64,000 nucleotides of DNA, taken from a virus. Below, piece after piece: positions 51,097-60,021 of this stretch (positions within the stretch are counted from its first letter, which is position 1; the number at the start of each line of letters is the position of its first letter). The notes below the pieces were generated by a model that saw nothing but the letters and a program-made list of their open reading frames with translations, had not been told where the DNA came from and made no database searches. The stretch lies in the IMG/VR virus record IMGVR_UViG_3300022073_000094; one strand, 5' to 3'. The position numbers and the translations under genes are program-made.

Positions 51097-51158
51097 AGTC
51101 CCTTCTCAGTACTTTTAAAGTCTGCTCCGCAGACCTCTTAAGGTACTTGAAAAGGGGA
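51097..51158 (-). repeat. dispersed imperfect palindrome P4
   Basis: reverse complement CCCCTTTTCAAGTACC..GGTCTGCGGAGCAGACTT..AGTAC..GGG. Confidence 0.8.
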
Positions 51159-51270
51159 GGATCTATGACTACATTGTATAATATCATATCAACCATGTAC
51201 TCGCTCTTAGTAATATGATATTATAAAAATACCTTAAAAATATATTTGTAAGAAAGGAAGTGAAAATGAA

Positions 51271-51594
51271 ATGAGAATATCATTATTTGATTGGTTGACG
51301 AATACAATATTGTATGATGAAGATTTAGGTCACGCACAATTTGTTGCAAATTTGAATGGCGACTATCAACATGTTGATGTTAAAGGCGTTGATGATCCTT
51401 ATGAATTAAGTGAAATTGTGAAATATGATTTAGCACAAAACTCAATTGATGCATCATACTATGTCTTTTTAGAAGAACGTGTTGATAATTATCGATTAGG
51501 CTTATTGAATAATATTAAAAAGTATTATTTTAATAACAAAATTACATTTCGTGACTTATTAAATGTAAAAATTGAATGTGAAAAAGCAGCTTAA
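51271..51594 (+). CDS. hypothetical protein
   Basis: family-type promoter at ~51200-51225, RBS. Confidence 0.75.
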   Translation: MRISLFDWLTNTILYDEDLGHAQFVANLNGDYQHVDVKGVDDPYELSEIVKYDLAQNSIDASYYVFLEERVDNYRLGLLNNIKKYYFNNKITFRDLLNVKIECEKAA

Positions 51595-51624
51595 CATATT
51601 CTATGCTAGCTGCTTAATTTATAT

Positions 51625-51789
51625 TTAGAAGAAGCCTTTTTTCTCAACTTCTAATCTTTTACCTGAAGCTGTATCAATTTTAACCTCATCACCACGAGTT
51701 ACATTAATTTTTTTTAATAATTCTTCAGGGACAATGATTGCAAGTTGATCACCACTGTGTTTAATAACTTTACAAACTTCTTTTGCCAT
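51625..51789 (-). CDS. 54-aa AbrB/MazE/SpoVT-like DNA-binding protein (not in ORF track)
   Basis: MAKEVCKVIKHSGDQLAIIVPEELLKKINVTRGDEVKI; RBS GGAGG. Confidence 0.75.
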   Translation of the reverse strand: MAKEVCKVIKHSGDQLAIIVPEELLKKINVTRGDEVKIDTASGKRLEVEKKGFF

Positions 51790-51866
51790 ATTCAAAACCT
51801 CCATAAAATAGTATAATAAAATTGTACAACATGTACAACTTAAAAGAAAGGATAAGGTGAATAAAA

Positions 51867-52355
51867 ATGGTTCAATATGAACAAATACTTAAAAAGTTTG
51901 AATCTGAGATTATACAATCAATTCAAAACTATGAATTATTAGATGATATTCGTTTTGAGATTTTAAACTCAGTCACTGATAATAATAGTCAAGTTGTTTT
52001 TTATGCAAATGCAGCTGTTGAAATCAATGATTTAACAATTGAAGTATATGAGTTTACGCCAGAGCATGAACCTTTACTTTTGCAATGTCATTATGAAGAG
52101 CCACAAGGTTTAATTCAACTTGAAATTGTATGTAATGTTGAAGATATGACATTACAAATTAATGGATCTAAATTAAAATTGTCAGATCAAGCATCACATT
52201 CAGTTCATCTCGTTAATCAGGATTATAAAGATGATGAATATGAACGTCTCAATAAGTATGTACAAGAAGAACTTGATACTGATAATAGACTTGATTTTCC
52301 ACGTTTATTTAGACAAATGGGTGAAATTAAAGTAAACGAAACATTTATTGAATAA
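51867..52355 (+). CDS. acidic hypothetical protein
   Basis: RBS AAGGTG. Confidence 0.75.
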   Translation: MVQYEQILKKFESEIIQSIQNYELLDDIRFEILNSVTDNNSQVVFYANAAVEINDLTIEVYEFTPEHEPLLLQCHYEEPQGLIQLEIVCNVEDMTLQINGSKLKLSDQASHSVHLVNQDYKDDEYERLNKYVQEELDTDNRLDFPRLFRQMGEIKVNETFIE

Positions 52356-52407
52356 TGTGTTTACTTTACAACCTCATTAAGATAAAATAGTACTATAATA
52401 TCATTAA

Positions 52408-52757
52408 GGGGTTGTTTATTGGATTCGACAGGGCACGAATCGTTCCATTCACAACTCGACTCGCTAAGTCGTAAACGCAAAACAGTTAAAAATAACTGAC
52501 GAAACTCAAGAATTACAAGTCGCGTAGTGTGACAACCTAAATTGATCTAAATAGTGATAGATCTTTTTAGGTTTCAACTTTTGTCACTATCGTTCATTGG
52601 CATACCCAAGGTACCGTGAATCGTAACACGTTGGCTATAATGTGTGAATAATTTGTATGTTTACATGCATTGTAGTAATTATACAAACATGCAAAATAGT
52701 TGTACTACAATTGAATGTGCAATGCTCTGGACAGGGGTTCGACTCCCCTCAACTCCA
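52408..52757 (+). ncRNA. ssrA: tmRNA; tag (A)DETQELQVA at 52498-52527
   Basis: 5' GGGGTTG...GGATTCGACAGGG, 3' GGACAGGGGTTCGACTCCCCTCAACTCCA, G3-U70, ATAACT resume signal. Confidence 0.95.
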
Positions 52758-52788
52758 TTAAATTTAAAATAAGAAAGGATTTTAATCA

Positions 52789-53034
52789 ATGGCGGAAAAA
52801 AAGAAATCAGTTGCTGAATCAGCTTTACATTATGGATTAAAAAAGAAAGTAAGAGTCGTTTTTATTGATAATACATCAATTACAGGTCAACTTGACTTTG
52901 TGAATCGTTATGAATATGTCCTTAAAGATGTATCACGTAAAGTGAAGTCAAATGGTCAAATTAAGGATGAAAAATTTGATCATGAAGTTGTTGTATTAAA
53001 GGCATCAGTTAAATATCTAACTGTTGTTGAATAA
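52789..53034 (+). CDS. Hfq/Sm-like RNA-binding protein
   Basis: Sm1-like VRVVFIDNTSITGQLDFVNRYEYVL and Sm2-like VVLKASVKYL; 81 aa. Confidence 0.65.
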   Translation: MAEKKKSVAESALHYGLKKKVRVVFIDNTSITGQLDFVNRYEYVLKDVSRKVKSNGQIKDEKFDHEVVVLKASVKYLTVVE

Positions 53035-53140
53035 TCAAACATGCTAAAAAAGGTCTAAGATTTTAAAATTTTAGATCTTTTTTATTTACATATATTTAGT
53101 ATCATGATATTATAGATATATAATAAATTAAACGAATGAA

Positions 53141-53356
53141 ATGAGGATAAATAAGATGAAAATATTAAAAGTAACATTCTTAATAATGATTGGCATACTT
53201 GTTTTAAATGGTTTAACAAAAGTGATTGATTTGATTGCAATGCAAGGCGCATTTGGTCCTGTTTTAGCAGCAATTTGTTTAGGTGCATTTGCAGGCTTAA
53301 CATGTTTAATATTTAGTGATAAAATTGTGAATCATTTAAAAGAAGGAGATGAATAA
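53141..53356 (+). CDS. small 2-TM membrane protein
   Basis: two hydrophobic helices; overlaps tmk start. Confidence 0.65.
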   Translation: MRINKMKILKVTFLIMIGILVLNGLTKVIDLIAMQGAFGPVLAAICLGAFAGLTCLIFSDKIVNHLKEGDE

Positions 53357-53969
53357 TATGTTTATTACATTTGAAGGCGGTGAAGGAGCAGGCAAGTCAA
53401 CAATCGCTAAAAGATTGAGACATTATTTAGAAAATAAAGGCTATGAAGTGATTTTGACGCGTGAGCCAGGTGGAACTGAGTTTGCTGATAGAGTCAGAGA
53501 TTTAATTATGAAAGAAAATATTAGCGCATATGAAGAAATGATGCTTTTTAATGTTGCACGACTTAATCATTTGAAGCGAGTCATTTTACCCGCTTTAGCA
53601 AATAATAAAATTGTATTATGTGATCGTTTTATTGATAGTTCTAGAGCTTATCAAGGTATTTTAGGTGACTGTACTTATAATGAATATCAAAAACTTGAAC
53701 AAGTGAATGAAACAATTGCAAATAGTGTTGATTTAATTGATACAACTTTTTATTTTAAAATTGATCCAGAGATTGCATTAAATCGAATTGCAAAAAATAA
53801 TCGTGAAACAAATCGTTTTGATAAAAAAGACTTAGATTATCATTATCAACTTCAAACAGCTTATGAGCAACTTATTAGTGTTGATAGAAGTAATAGATTT
53901 GTAGTCATAGATGCTGAACAAGATGAAGAACAAGTGTTACAACAATGTATTGATCATTTAAATTTATAG
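53349..53969 (+). CDS. tmk: thymidylate kinase
   Basis: FITFEGGEGAGKST, TREPGGT, CDRFIDSS. Confidence 0.95.
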   Translation: MNNMFITFEGGEGAGKSTIAKRLRHYLENKGYEVILTREPGGTEFADRVRDLIMKENISAYEEMMLFNVARLNHLKRVILPALANNKIVLCDRFIDSSRAYQGILGDCTYNEYQKLEQVNETIANSVDLIDTTFYFKIDPEIALNRIAKNNRETNRFDKKDLDYHYQLQTAYEQLISVDRSNRFVVIDAEQDEEQVLQQCIDHLNL

Positions 53970-53980
53970 TCAAATAAATC

Positions 53981-54354
53981 AATATAAGTTATTTACTTGA
54001 TGGTACGAATGATAATAAAATATAAATATAGTTGATTAGATCTATATTAAGAGTAACATCATAATGCGGAGCATTATCGAAAACGTTAATTAATAGAGAT
54101 TGAAGAGACTATTTTCTTATTTATTATTCTTATTAAAAATACACAAGTGATGTTTGTATCGCAAACCAGCTTAAGTGTTACGTGTTTGGTATATGCGTGT
54201 TAGTGATGCTTTGTAAAACGACCATTTCTTTTTTCTAAAAGTTAAAGCATTTAACGACAAAGAAAATGACTTAGTCATATTTAAAATAGCTAAATATTCA
54301 ACTAATATTATAATTTTAGTATAAAGTAAATATTTTAGTTACATTTTCAATACC
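53981..54354 (+). ncRNA. TnpB-less copy of the IS607 right-end/omega RNA with its own promoter (copy 2)
   Basis: inverted homolog of 16031-16406; ends CAATACC; TTTACT...TGATAAT promoter-like 5' part. Confidence 0.7.
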
Positions 54355-54372
54355 TAAGGAGGTGTAAAGTAT

Positions 54373-54780
54373 ATGATATTTGATAAATATCAAGTTTTAC
54401 TTAATAAAAATCGTCTTTTAGTCGTATGTCAGATTAGATATAAAAATCAAAAAATAAATTATATTGTACCTAAATACATCTATGAATTATTTAGCGAAGA
54501 GTTAAATGAGACATCTATATTTGATATAAGCTCAACGAGTTTTAATGACTTTGAATCAATGAATGATGGCAATACATTTAAACTTGGCGATCATTTATAT
54601 AGTCAATTAAAAGATTTTAATTATAATAATGTTGATACACGACTTTTAACTCATTTTAATATTGCATTCTTTAAATGGCTTGATAAATATGAAGGTCATT
54701 TTGATGAACAACAACTCTTTTATCTTAATAATATGCAAACTTTAACAACTGATTTTATTCAATTTATCTTAGCACGATAA
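54373..54780 (+). CDS. hypothetical protein
   Basis: RBS AAGGAGG immediately after the omega-like unit. Confidence 0.75.
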   Translation: MIFDKYQVLLNKNRLLVVCQIRYKNQKINYIVPKYIYELFSEELNETSIFDISSTSFNDFESMNDGNTFKLGDHLYSQLKDFNYNNVDTRLLTHFNIAFFKWLDKYEGHFDEQQLFYLNNMQTLTTDFIQFILAR

Positions 54781-54992
54781 ATAAAAAGTAAAGCTGTTTA
54801 AGAAATGAAACATTAAAGTAGGCTTAATTGTCTACTTTTTTTTTTATTATGATTAACACACATAACCTTATTTAATTAATTTAAAGATATTTTAGTAAAA
54901 CTTTTAGCTCAGCCTATTTACATATTACTAGTACTATGATACTATATAATATGTAATTAATTAAACAAACAAAATGAAAGGTTGACATATAA

Positions 54993-55508
54993 ATGAATAA
55001 ATTAAATGAGAATAAGCAAATTGAAAGCAAAGTAAGCAGACAACTTAATGATAACATTACAAATTGGGTTTATGATAAACATCTTAATTATGTTGAACCA
55101 CAAGAACAAGTGACTAAAATCGCTGAAGAATTAAATGAATTATATGACGTTCTACATCATGAAGATTATTTCTATGAAGTGATGGATGCAATTGGCGATA
55201 TGTATGTTGCTGCGTCTACATTATTTGTTGAAATGAATGATCATGGGTTAGACTATGATATAATGCAACACATCAATTGTAAAGTTGGTGCAATGGATCT
55301 TTCATTTACTTATAATAATATTTATCATTATGCTTTAAATGGTGATTATGAAACAGCATCAAGCATTATTGTGAACACATTTTTTAATCAACTCAATGCT
55401 TTTTGTAATGCTTATCAATTTAACTTACGTGACGCAGTTGCTTGTGCTTATTCTCATATTAAAAGAAGACCTGAACGTTATTATGAAGAAACTAAAGAAT
55501 GGAAATAA
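54993..55508 (+). CDS. MazG-like NTP pyrophosphohydrolase
   Basis: KIAEELNELY, DAIGDMYV, AYSHIKRR. Confidence 0.75.
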   Translation: MNKLNENKQIESKVSRQLNDNITNWVYDKHLNYVEPQEQVTKIAEELNELYDVLHHEDYFYEVMDAIGDMYVAASTLFVEMNDHGLDYDIMQHINCKVGAMDLSFTYNNIYHYALNGDYETASSIIVNTFFNQLNAFCNAYQFNLRDAVACAYSHIKRRPERYYEETKEWK

Positions 55509-55530
55509 AATAAATTATTAATATGAAAGG

Positions 55531-56229
55531 TTGATAAAAATGATGAAAAATAGAATGATGGAAACAGTGAAATTTGATTATAACGATATAAATATTAAAC
55601 AAATTCAACGAGGTCAAAGAATTCAAGGTTATTTAAGTATAGTGATTTCATTAGTCTTTTTATTCTCTTCAATATCAGGATTATTTATATTTAGTAATAT
55701 GATATTTGATGGTTTAGTTGGAGATGCTAAATTAATTGCAAAGATTATGGAATGTATAATTGGATTAGTTTTTCTTATATTTAGTGTATTATTTGGAATT
55801 GGTGCATGTATTGTAATTACACGCATATCTCTTAGCTTGTATTATGATAGATATAGTTATGATATTGCACAAATTCCATCATATCGCAAATTTAATAAAC
55901 AATTTTTTAACGTTGATAATCAATATGAAGTTAAATACTTACACCAATTATTAGATACTGAACATGTTTCAATTAAATATAACAATGATACAATTTATGT
56001 TAACATAAGTGATCAATATAAAAGTCTTGAAGATAATCTAAATTTATTCAATAAATCTCAATTAGATATGATTGACGACGTAATCAATCAAAATAAAATG
56101 GATGATATAAGAGATGCAATTCAAGTTGCTAATCAATATTTCAGACCAGTTGTTGAATATCGAACTGACATGGAATCAACTTCTCAAATGTATCAATCTA
56201 TTAAAAAAGCAAATGAAAGAGGTGAATAA
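55531..56229 (+). CDS. 2-TM membrane protein, same family as the 16-23 kb cluster
   Basis: two TMs then YEVKYLHQLL. Confidence 0.75.
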   Translation: MIKMMKNRMMETVKFDYNDINIKQIQRGQRIQGYLSIVISLVFLFSSISGLFIFSNMIFDGLVGDAKLIAKIMECIIGLVFLIFSVLFGIGACIVITRISLSLYYDRYSYDIAQIPSYRKFNKQFFNVDNQYEVKYLHQLLDTEHVSIKYNNDTIYVNISDQYKSLEDNLNLFNKSQLDMIDDVINQNKMDDIRDAIQVANQYFRPVVEYRTDMESTSQMYQSIKKANERGE

Positions 56230-56230
56230 A

Positions 56231-56408
56231 ATGAAACAAAGAATTTATACAATAGAATCATTACAAGATCAATTTTTGCATAAAGGCATACAAAGAGATG
56301 ATCGATTAGTTGTATCAGATGTGTCATATTATTTTGATCCAAACAACTATCAAGAAAAAAAAGATGTCGTTAAGCAATCACTGGCGAATCATAGCTGTTG
56401 AAGAATAG
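56231..56408 (+). pseudogene. small gene with an apparent +1 frameshift in an A run
   Basis: RBS GAGGTG-ATG at 56231; removing one A gives ...EKKMSLSNHWRIIAVEE before a terminator. Confidence 0.45.
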
Positions 56409-56805
56409 AGGTCTTATTTGATCTCTTCTTTTTTTTTTACCTTATATGATACAAAATAATAGGAGGTAATAATATGTGACGTAAATTTCAAATTATTACA
56501 TTAAGAGTAAATCCTTATATAAATTTATATATGTTTGATGTTGTCAGTTGGCTATCTCAATTCTCTCTCTCTCACTTCGATTTAACTTTTCTCTTTTTTT
56601 TTTGATCTAACCTCTCATTTTAACAATTTTCTTCAATCTAAATTTCACCCTTTTTTAGTGTATATTTTAGATATATTTTTATAATTAGCTCATGCTGAAC
56701 TTCTCGCATTTCGTTCCTTGTTTAAGTTTTCTCCTCCTACCCCAGTTTACTCCGCTCTAGTACTGTGGTATTATAAATAATGTAAATAAATGAAAGGCAG
56801 GTTGA

Positions 56806-57345
56806 TTGAGTATGAGTAATATATATGAGAATTTAACTGAGCGACAAAGAGAAGGGACTAATGCAAGCGAGGTTGAAGAGATTGAGAAAGTTGTGAATAC
56901 ATATTTTGATAGTGAGCATGCGACTCGTGTGATTGAGAAAGTTGTAAAAGGCGTGAGTGCATATCGTTTAGGGCAATTGAGAACGATTGTGACAAACGGC
57001 TTAATTACAAATATGATCGGAAGACGTGCGCAGCAAGCATTTTATTTAAATATCGGAGAGATTGATGATATAGATGAGACATTTTATCGTGATGGTGATA
57101 AAGAGAATCGCATGAGAAACTGGGCAAAAGGCGCACATGATCATAAGAATTTGCATGAGCATGGTTATATCACAATTGATGGCAAAACACGACAAAAAGA
57201 TTATGCATTAAGTGCGTTATGTTATCGTGTTGCATTCTTCATCGAGTATTTAAAGCTTGATGAAGGCGAAGTGATTGTTGATGTTGACGATTGGAATAAA
57301 GCATATGAGAATTTTGCACATGACTTATACGAAGTGATGGGATAA
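56806..57345 (+). CDS. early-type hypothetical protein in a promoter-gene-terminator cassette
   Basis: family promoter 56746, terminator ~57355-57390. Confidence 0.8.
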   Translation: MSMSNIYENLTERQREGTNASEVEEIEKVVNTYFDSEHATRVIEKVVKGVSAYRLGQLRTIVTNGLITNMIGRRAQQAFYLNIGEIDDIDETFYRDGDKENRMRNWAKGAHDHKNLHEHGYITIDGKTRQKDYALSALCYRVAFFIEYLKLDEGEVIVDVDDWNKAYENFAHDLYEVMG

Positions 57346-57507
57346 ATCAAATAAAAGCACTTGTCTTTAATGAGATGAGTGTTTTTTTATATATAATAAT
57401 CTTTTAATCATTTAACGGGGTAAAGGATTAGAATTGATTAATGAGATGATTGAGAAGAATTAACGTAAGAGATGAGAAGCTTGAGTTAGAGTGAGACATA
57501 GAGAGTC

Positions 57508-57574
57508 AGCCCCCCTTTCAAGTACTTTATGAGGTCTGCAGGAGCAGACTTTATAGGTACACAGACAGGGGGCT
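57508..57574 (+). repeat. dispersed imperfect palindrome P5 with long complementary flanks
   Basis: CCCCCCTTTCAAGTACTTTATGAGGTCTGCAGGAGCAGACTTTATAGGTACACAGACAGGGGG. Confidence 0.85.
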
Positions 57575-57729
57575 TGCTTTATGCATTGTTTTATGCTCTA
57601 CACTCTCTTAGTTTCAGCCTTTTTTTAGTGTATATTTTAAGTATATTTTTATAAGAAAGATATTAGAGTATAAATCATAATTTATATGTGATAAAATAAT
57701 AATATAAAAGTAAGGAGGAATAGATAATT

Positions 57730-58365
57730 ATGGCAACACAACAAGACGTTAAGACTGTATTAGGAAAGTATTATGATGAAGACGCAAACTATGACATCCG
57801 CGTTCTTATAGATGCTAGCGGAATTTTATTTGATTTTGACGAATTAGAGTGTGATGAGGAATATGGAGAAGGCGGAGCAAGATTTACGTCACGTTTAGAG
57901 ATTAATGCAGATATATTTTTTGCTGAGTCATATTCTACATCAGAATTGTATCAGCCATTAGATAAAATTAAGAAGTTATCAATGTATAAAGAGCTTGTTG
58001 ATGAGTATGGCTTTGATGATGATGAGTATTTAAACGGATCAACATACAATGAAGCGCTTGAGGATTATATAAGTGATGTTAGAGTTAATAATGATCAATA
58101 CCTTGATATTATTTTGCAAGAAGATATGCAGCTTGACGAAAATGCATTAAAAGAGTTAGAAGAAGATGGTGAAACTCGTATTTACACTTTTGATGCTAAA
58201 ATTTTAAAAATTGAACCAAAAAATATCCCTTCAATTATAGAAGAGTTAGATGTAGTCGATGATATGTTAACTCAAGCTAAAGCAGAATATGAAGAGCTCT
58301 TTAAAATTCGTATTGCAGATGAAAGACTTGCGATTCATGACGTGACGATTGAGAAAGATCAATAA
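57730..58365 (+). CDS. very acidic early-type protein
   Basis: hand count about 56 D/E vs about 20 K/R in 211 aa; RBS AAGGAGG. Confidence 0.8.
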   Translation: MATQQDVKTVLGKYYDEDANYDIRVLIDASGILFDFDELECDEEYGEGGARFTSRLEINADIFFAESYSTSELYQPLDKIKKLSMYKELVDEYGFDDDEYLNGSTYNEALEDYISDVRVNNDQYLDIILQEDMQLDENALKELEEDGETRIYTFDAKILKIEPKNIPSIIEELDVVDDMLTQAKAEYEELFKIRIADERLAIHDVTIEKDQ

Positions 58366-58419
58366 TTGTCATTAATAGAGTTGTCCTCTACTCCATTATT
58401 GGACTAAAGGACTCATAAT

Positions 58420-58540
58420 AAAACGAAGAGAGCCTATCTCATGAGAAATGATAGGCTCTCTTTTAATGAAAAACATTTTAAAAAATATATATGAGAAAGA
58501 TTGGAAGTTTTATAATATTAATGCCTTGATTAATATTATA
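58420..58540 (-). ncRNA. candidate sRNA 1 (promoter 58546-58574, terminator hairpin 58428-58460)
   Basis: no RBS-led ORF; motifs AACTTCCAATCTT, TTTCTCAT, AAAATGTTTTTCATTAAAAG shared with sRNA 2. Confidence 0.6.
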
Positions 58541-58673
58541 TTATTATAATACCATAATACTAAAGCTATGTAAAGGGGTTATATTAAAAAAATTTAAATA
58601 AATATTTAGAGCTTGCTTATGTTTCAGTTAGAGCGAGATGAGATGCTTAAGTTAGAGTGAGCGAGGCGGTCAG

Positions 58674-58738
58674 AGTCCCCTATTAGAGGTCCTGAGTGGG
58701 TCTGCGCAGCAGACTTTGAGAGGACCTGATGAGGGGCT
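58674..58738 (+). repeat. dispersed imperfect palindrome P6
   Basis: CCCC..AGGTCCT..GGTCTGCGCAGCAGAC..AGGACCT..GGGG (compensatory GTAC to GTCC/GGAC change). Confidence 0.85.
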
Positions 58739-58984
58739 TAGCTTTATACTTTACACTCGTGTATTTTATGTATTATTCGTGCTCTCTCATTACAAAAGTT
58801 AGCTAATCGATCTACATTTACTCTCGCTTAACATCAGAGCTAATTTTTTTGTGTAATGAGCCTGATTACAAGTTGAAGTAACTGCATAAGATTTTAATAT
58901 TAACTGTATTCTTTAATGAATGAGATGAAAAAATATATCTTTATAAATGAAATGAATGATGATAATGATGAGTTACATAAATGA

Positions 58985-59545
58985 TGTTTTATTGACGTTG
59001 ACAGATTAACAGATAAAATGAATGTGTCGAGCATAAAAAGTGATCAAAAATTAAAAAACTAGACGCATACAAAATGATTTATTTATAACAGAGATTACTC
59101 TTATGCTGTTATAAAGATAAGATAAAAAAATAATTTGATATAATGTGACAGACAGATGACAGATAAAATGGGCTTTTTTATTTTTATATCTTTTGAGTTT
59201 AATTATATTAAACCGGCTGTTAGTTGAGAGTTTAATGATGGCTATCTGTCATCTGTCTGTCACATTATATTTTAGCTGAAACATTAAGCATACATAAGAC
59301 ACAACAGCATAACTAAGAGCTGAATTAAGCTAAAGACAGATATATCATTATAAACATTGTACTTATCTTTAATTTTGCTTTTTATTGTTTCATTTTAAGC
59401 TTTTGACAGATGAATTGACAGATGAATAGACAGATAAAAATTTAAAGCTCATCTGTCTATTATTTTTCTTAAAAATAGCAAATTTTATTGACAGATGAAT
59501 AGACGGATAAATCACATTTTTTAAGTCATTTGTCAATGTGAAAAT
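58985..59545. other. origin-like block C (iteron word GACAGAT/ATCTGTC)
   Basis: many GACAGAT copies, TTGACAGATGAAT repeats, perfect 26-bp inverted repeat 59140-59165/59243-59268; directly upstream of HTH-Rep2. Confidence 0.7.
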
Positions 59546-59620
59546 TGTTATTTACAAAAAGAGTTAAAAGATGTATAATTATATTTATCATAAATTATTA
59601 TAAAAAAGTGAGATGATGAT

Positions 59621-59824
59621 ATGATGACATTATATGAATTTATAAAATATGAAGGCTTGAAGAGAAATTTATCAATACGTGATTTAGCGACTGAAGCAGG
59701 TTTGACTTATCCGACTATTTATCGTTTAAAAAAGAAAGAGCCGAGTCGACAGACTTATTATAAACTTTCAAAGTTTTTAGATGTAACAATTGCTGAATTA
59801 TTAGAATATCCTATTTTAAAGTAA
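59621..59824 (+). CDS. XRE/Cro-C1 HTH regulator 2 (paralog of 30154..30378)
   Basis: LSIRDLATEAGLTYPTIYRL...PSRQTYYKLSKFLDV. Confidence 0.85.
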   Translation: MMTLYEFIKYEGLKRNLSIRDLATEAGLTYPTIYRLKKKEPSRQTYYKLSKFLDVTIAELLEYPILK

Positions 59825-60021
59825 TAAAAAAAAAATGATCCCAGACTATATTTAATAGCCTGGGATAGGATGTGATAAATTTAAAGTTAAAAACGTCAAT
59901 TAAGTCAATTAATTGAGCAAAGATTCGACTTATAAATTAATTATATAAAGCTTGTAATAAGATGTAAATATATTCGAATCGACAATTTACATTTAAGTTA
60001 AATTAAAAAAGTTAAGAGGAG

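Noticed and set aside
56461-56479. SD followed by ATG-TGA minigene (also ATGTGA at ~63870)
   Set aside because: More likely a decayed gene start; at 63870 the SD spacing fits the downstream ATG, not the minigene
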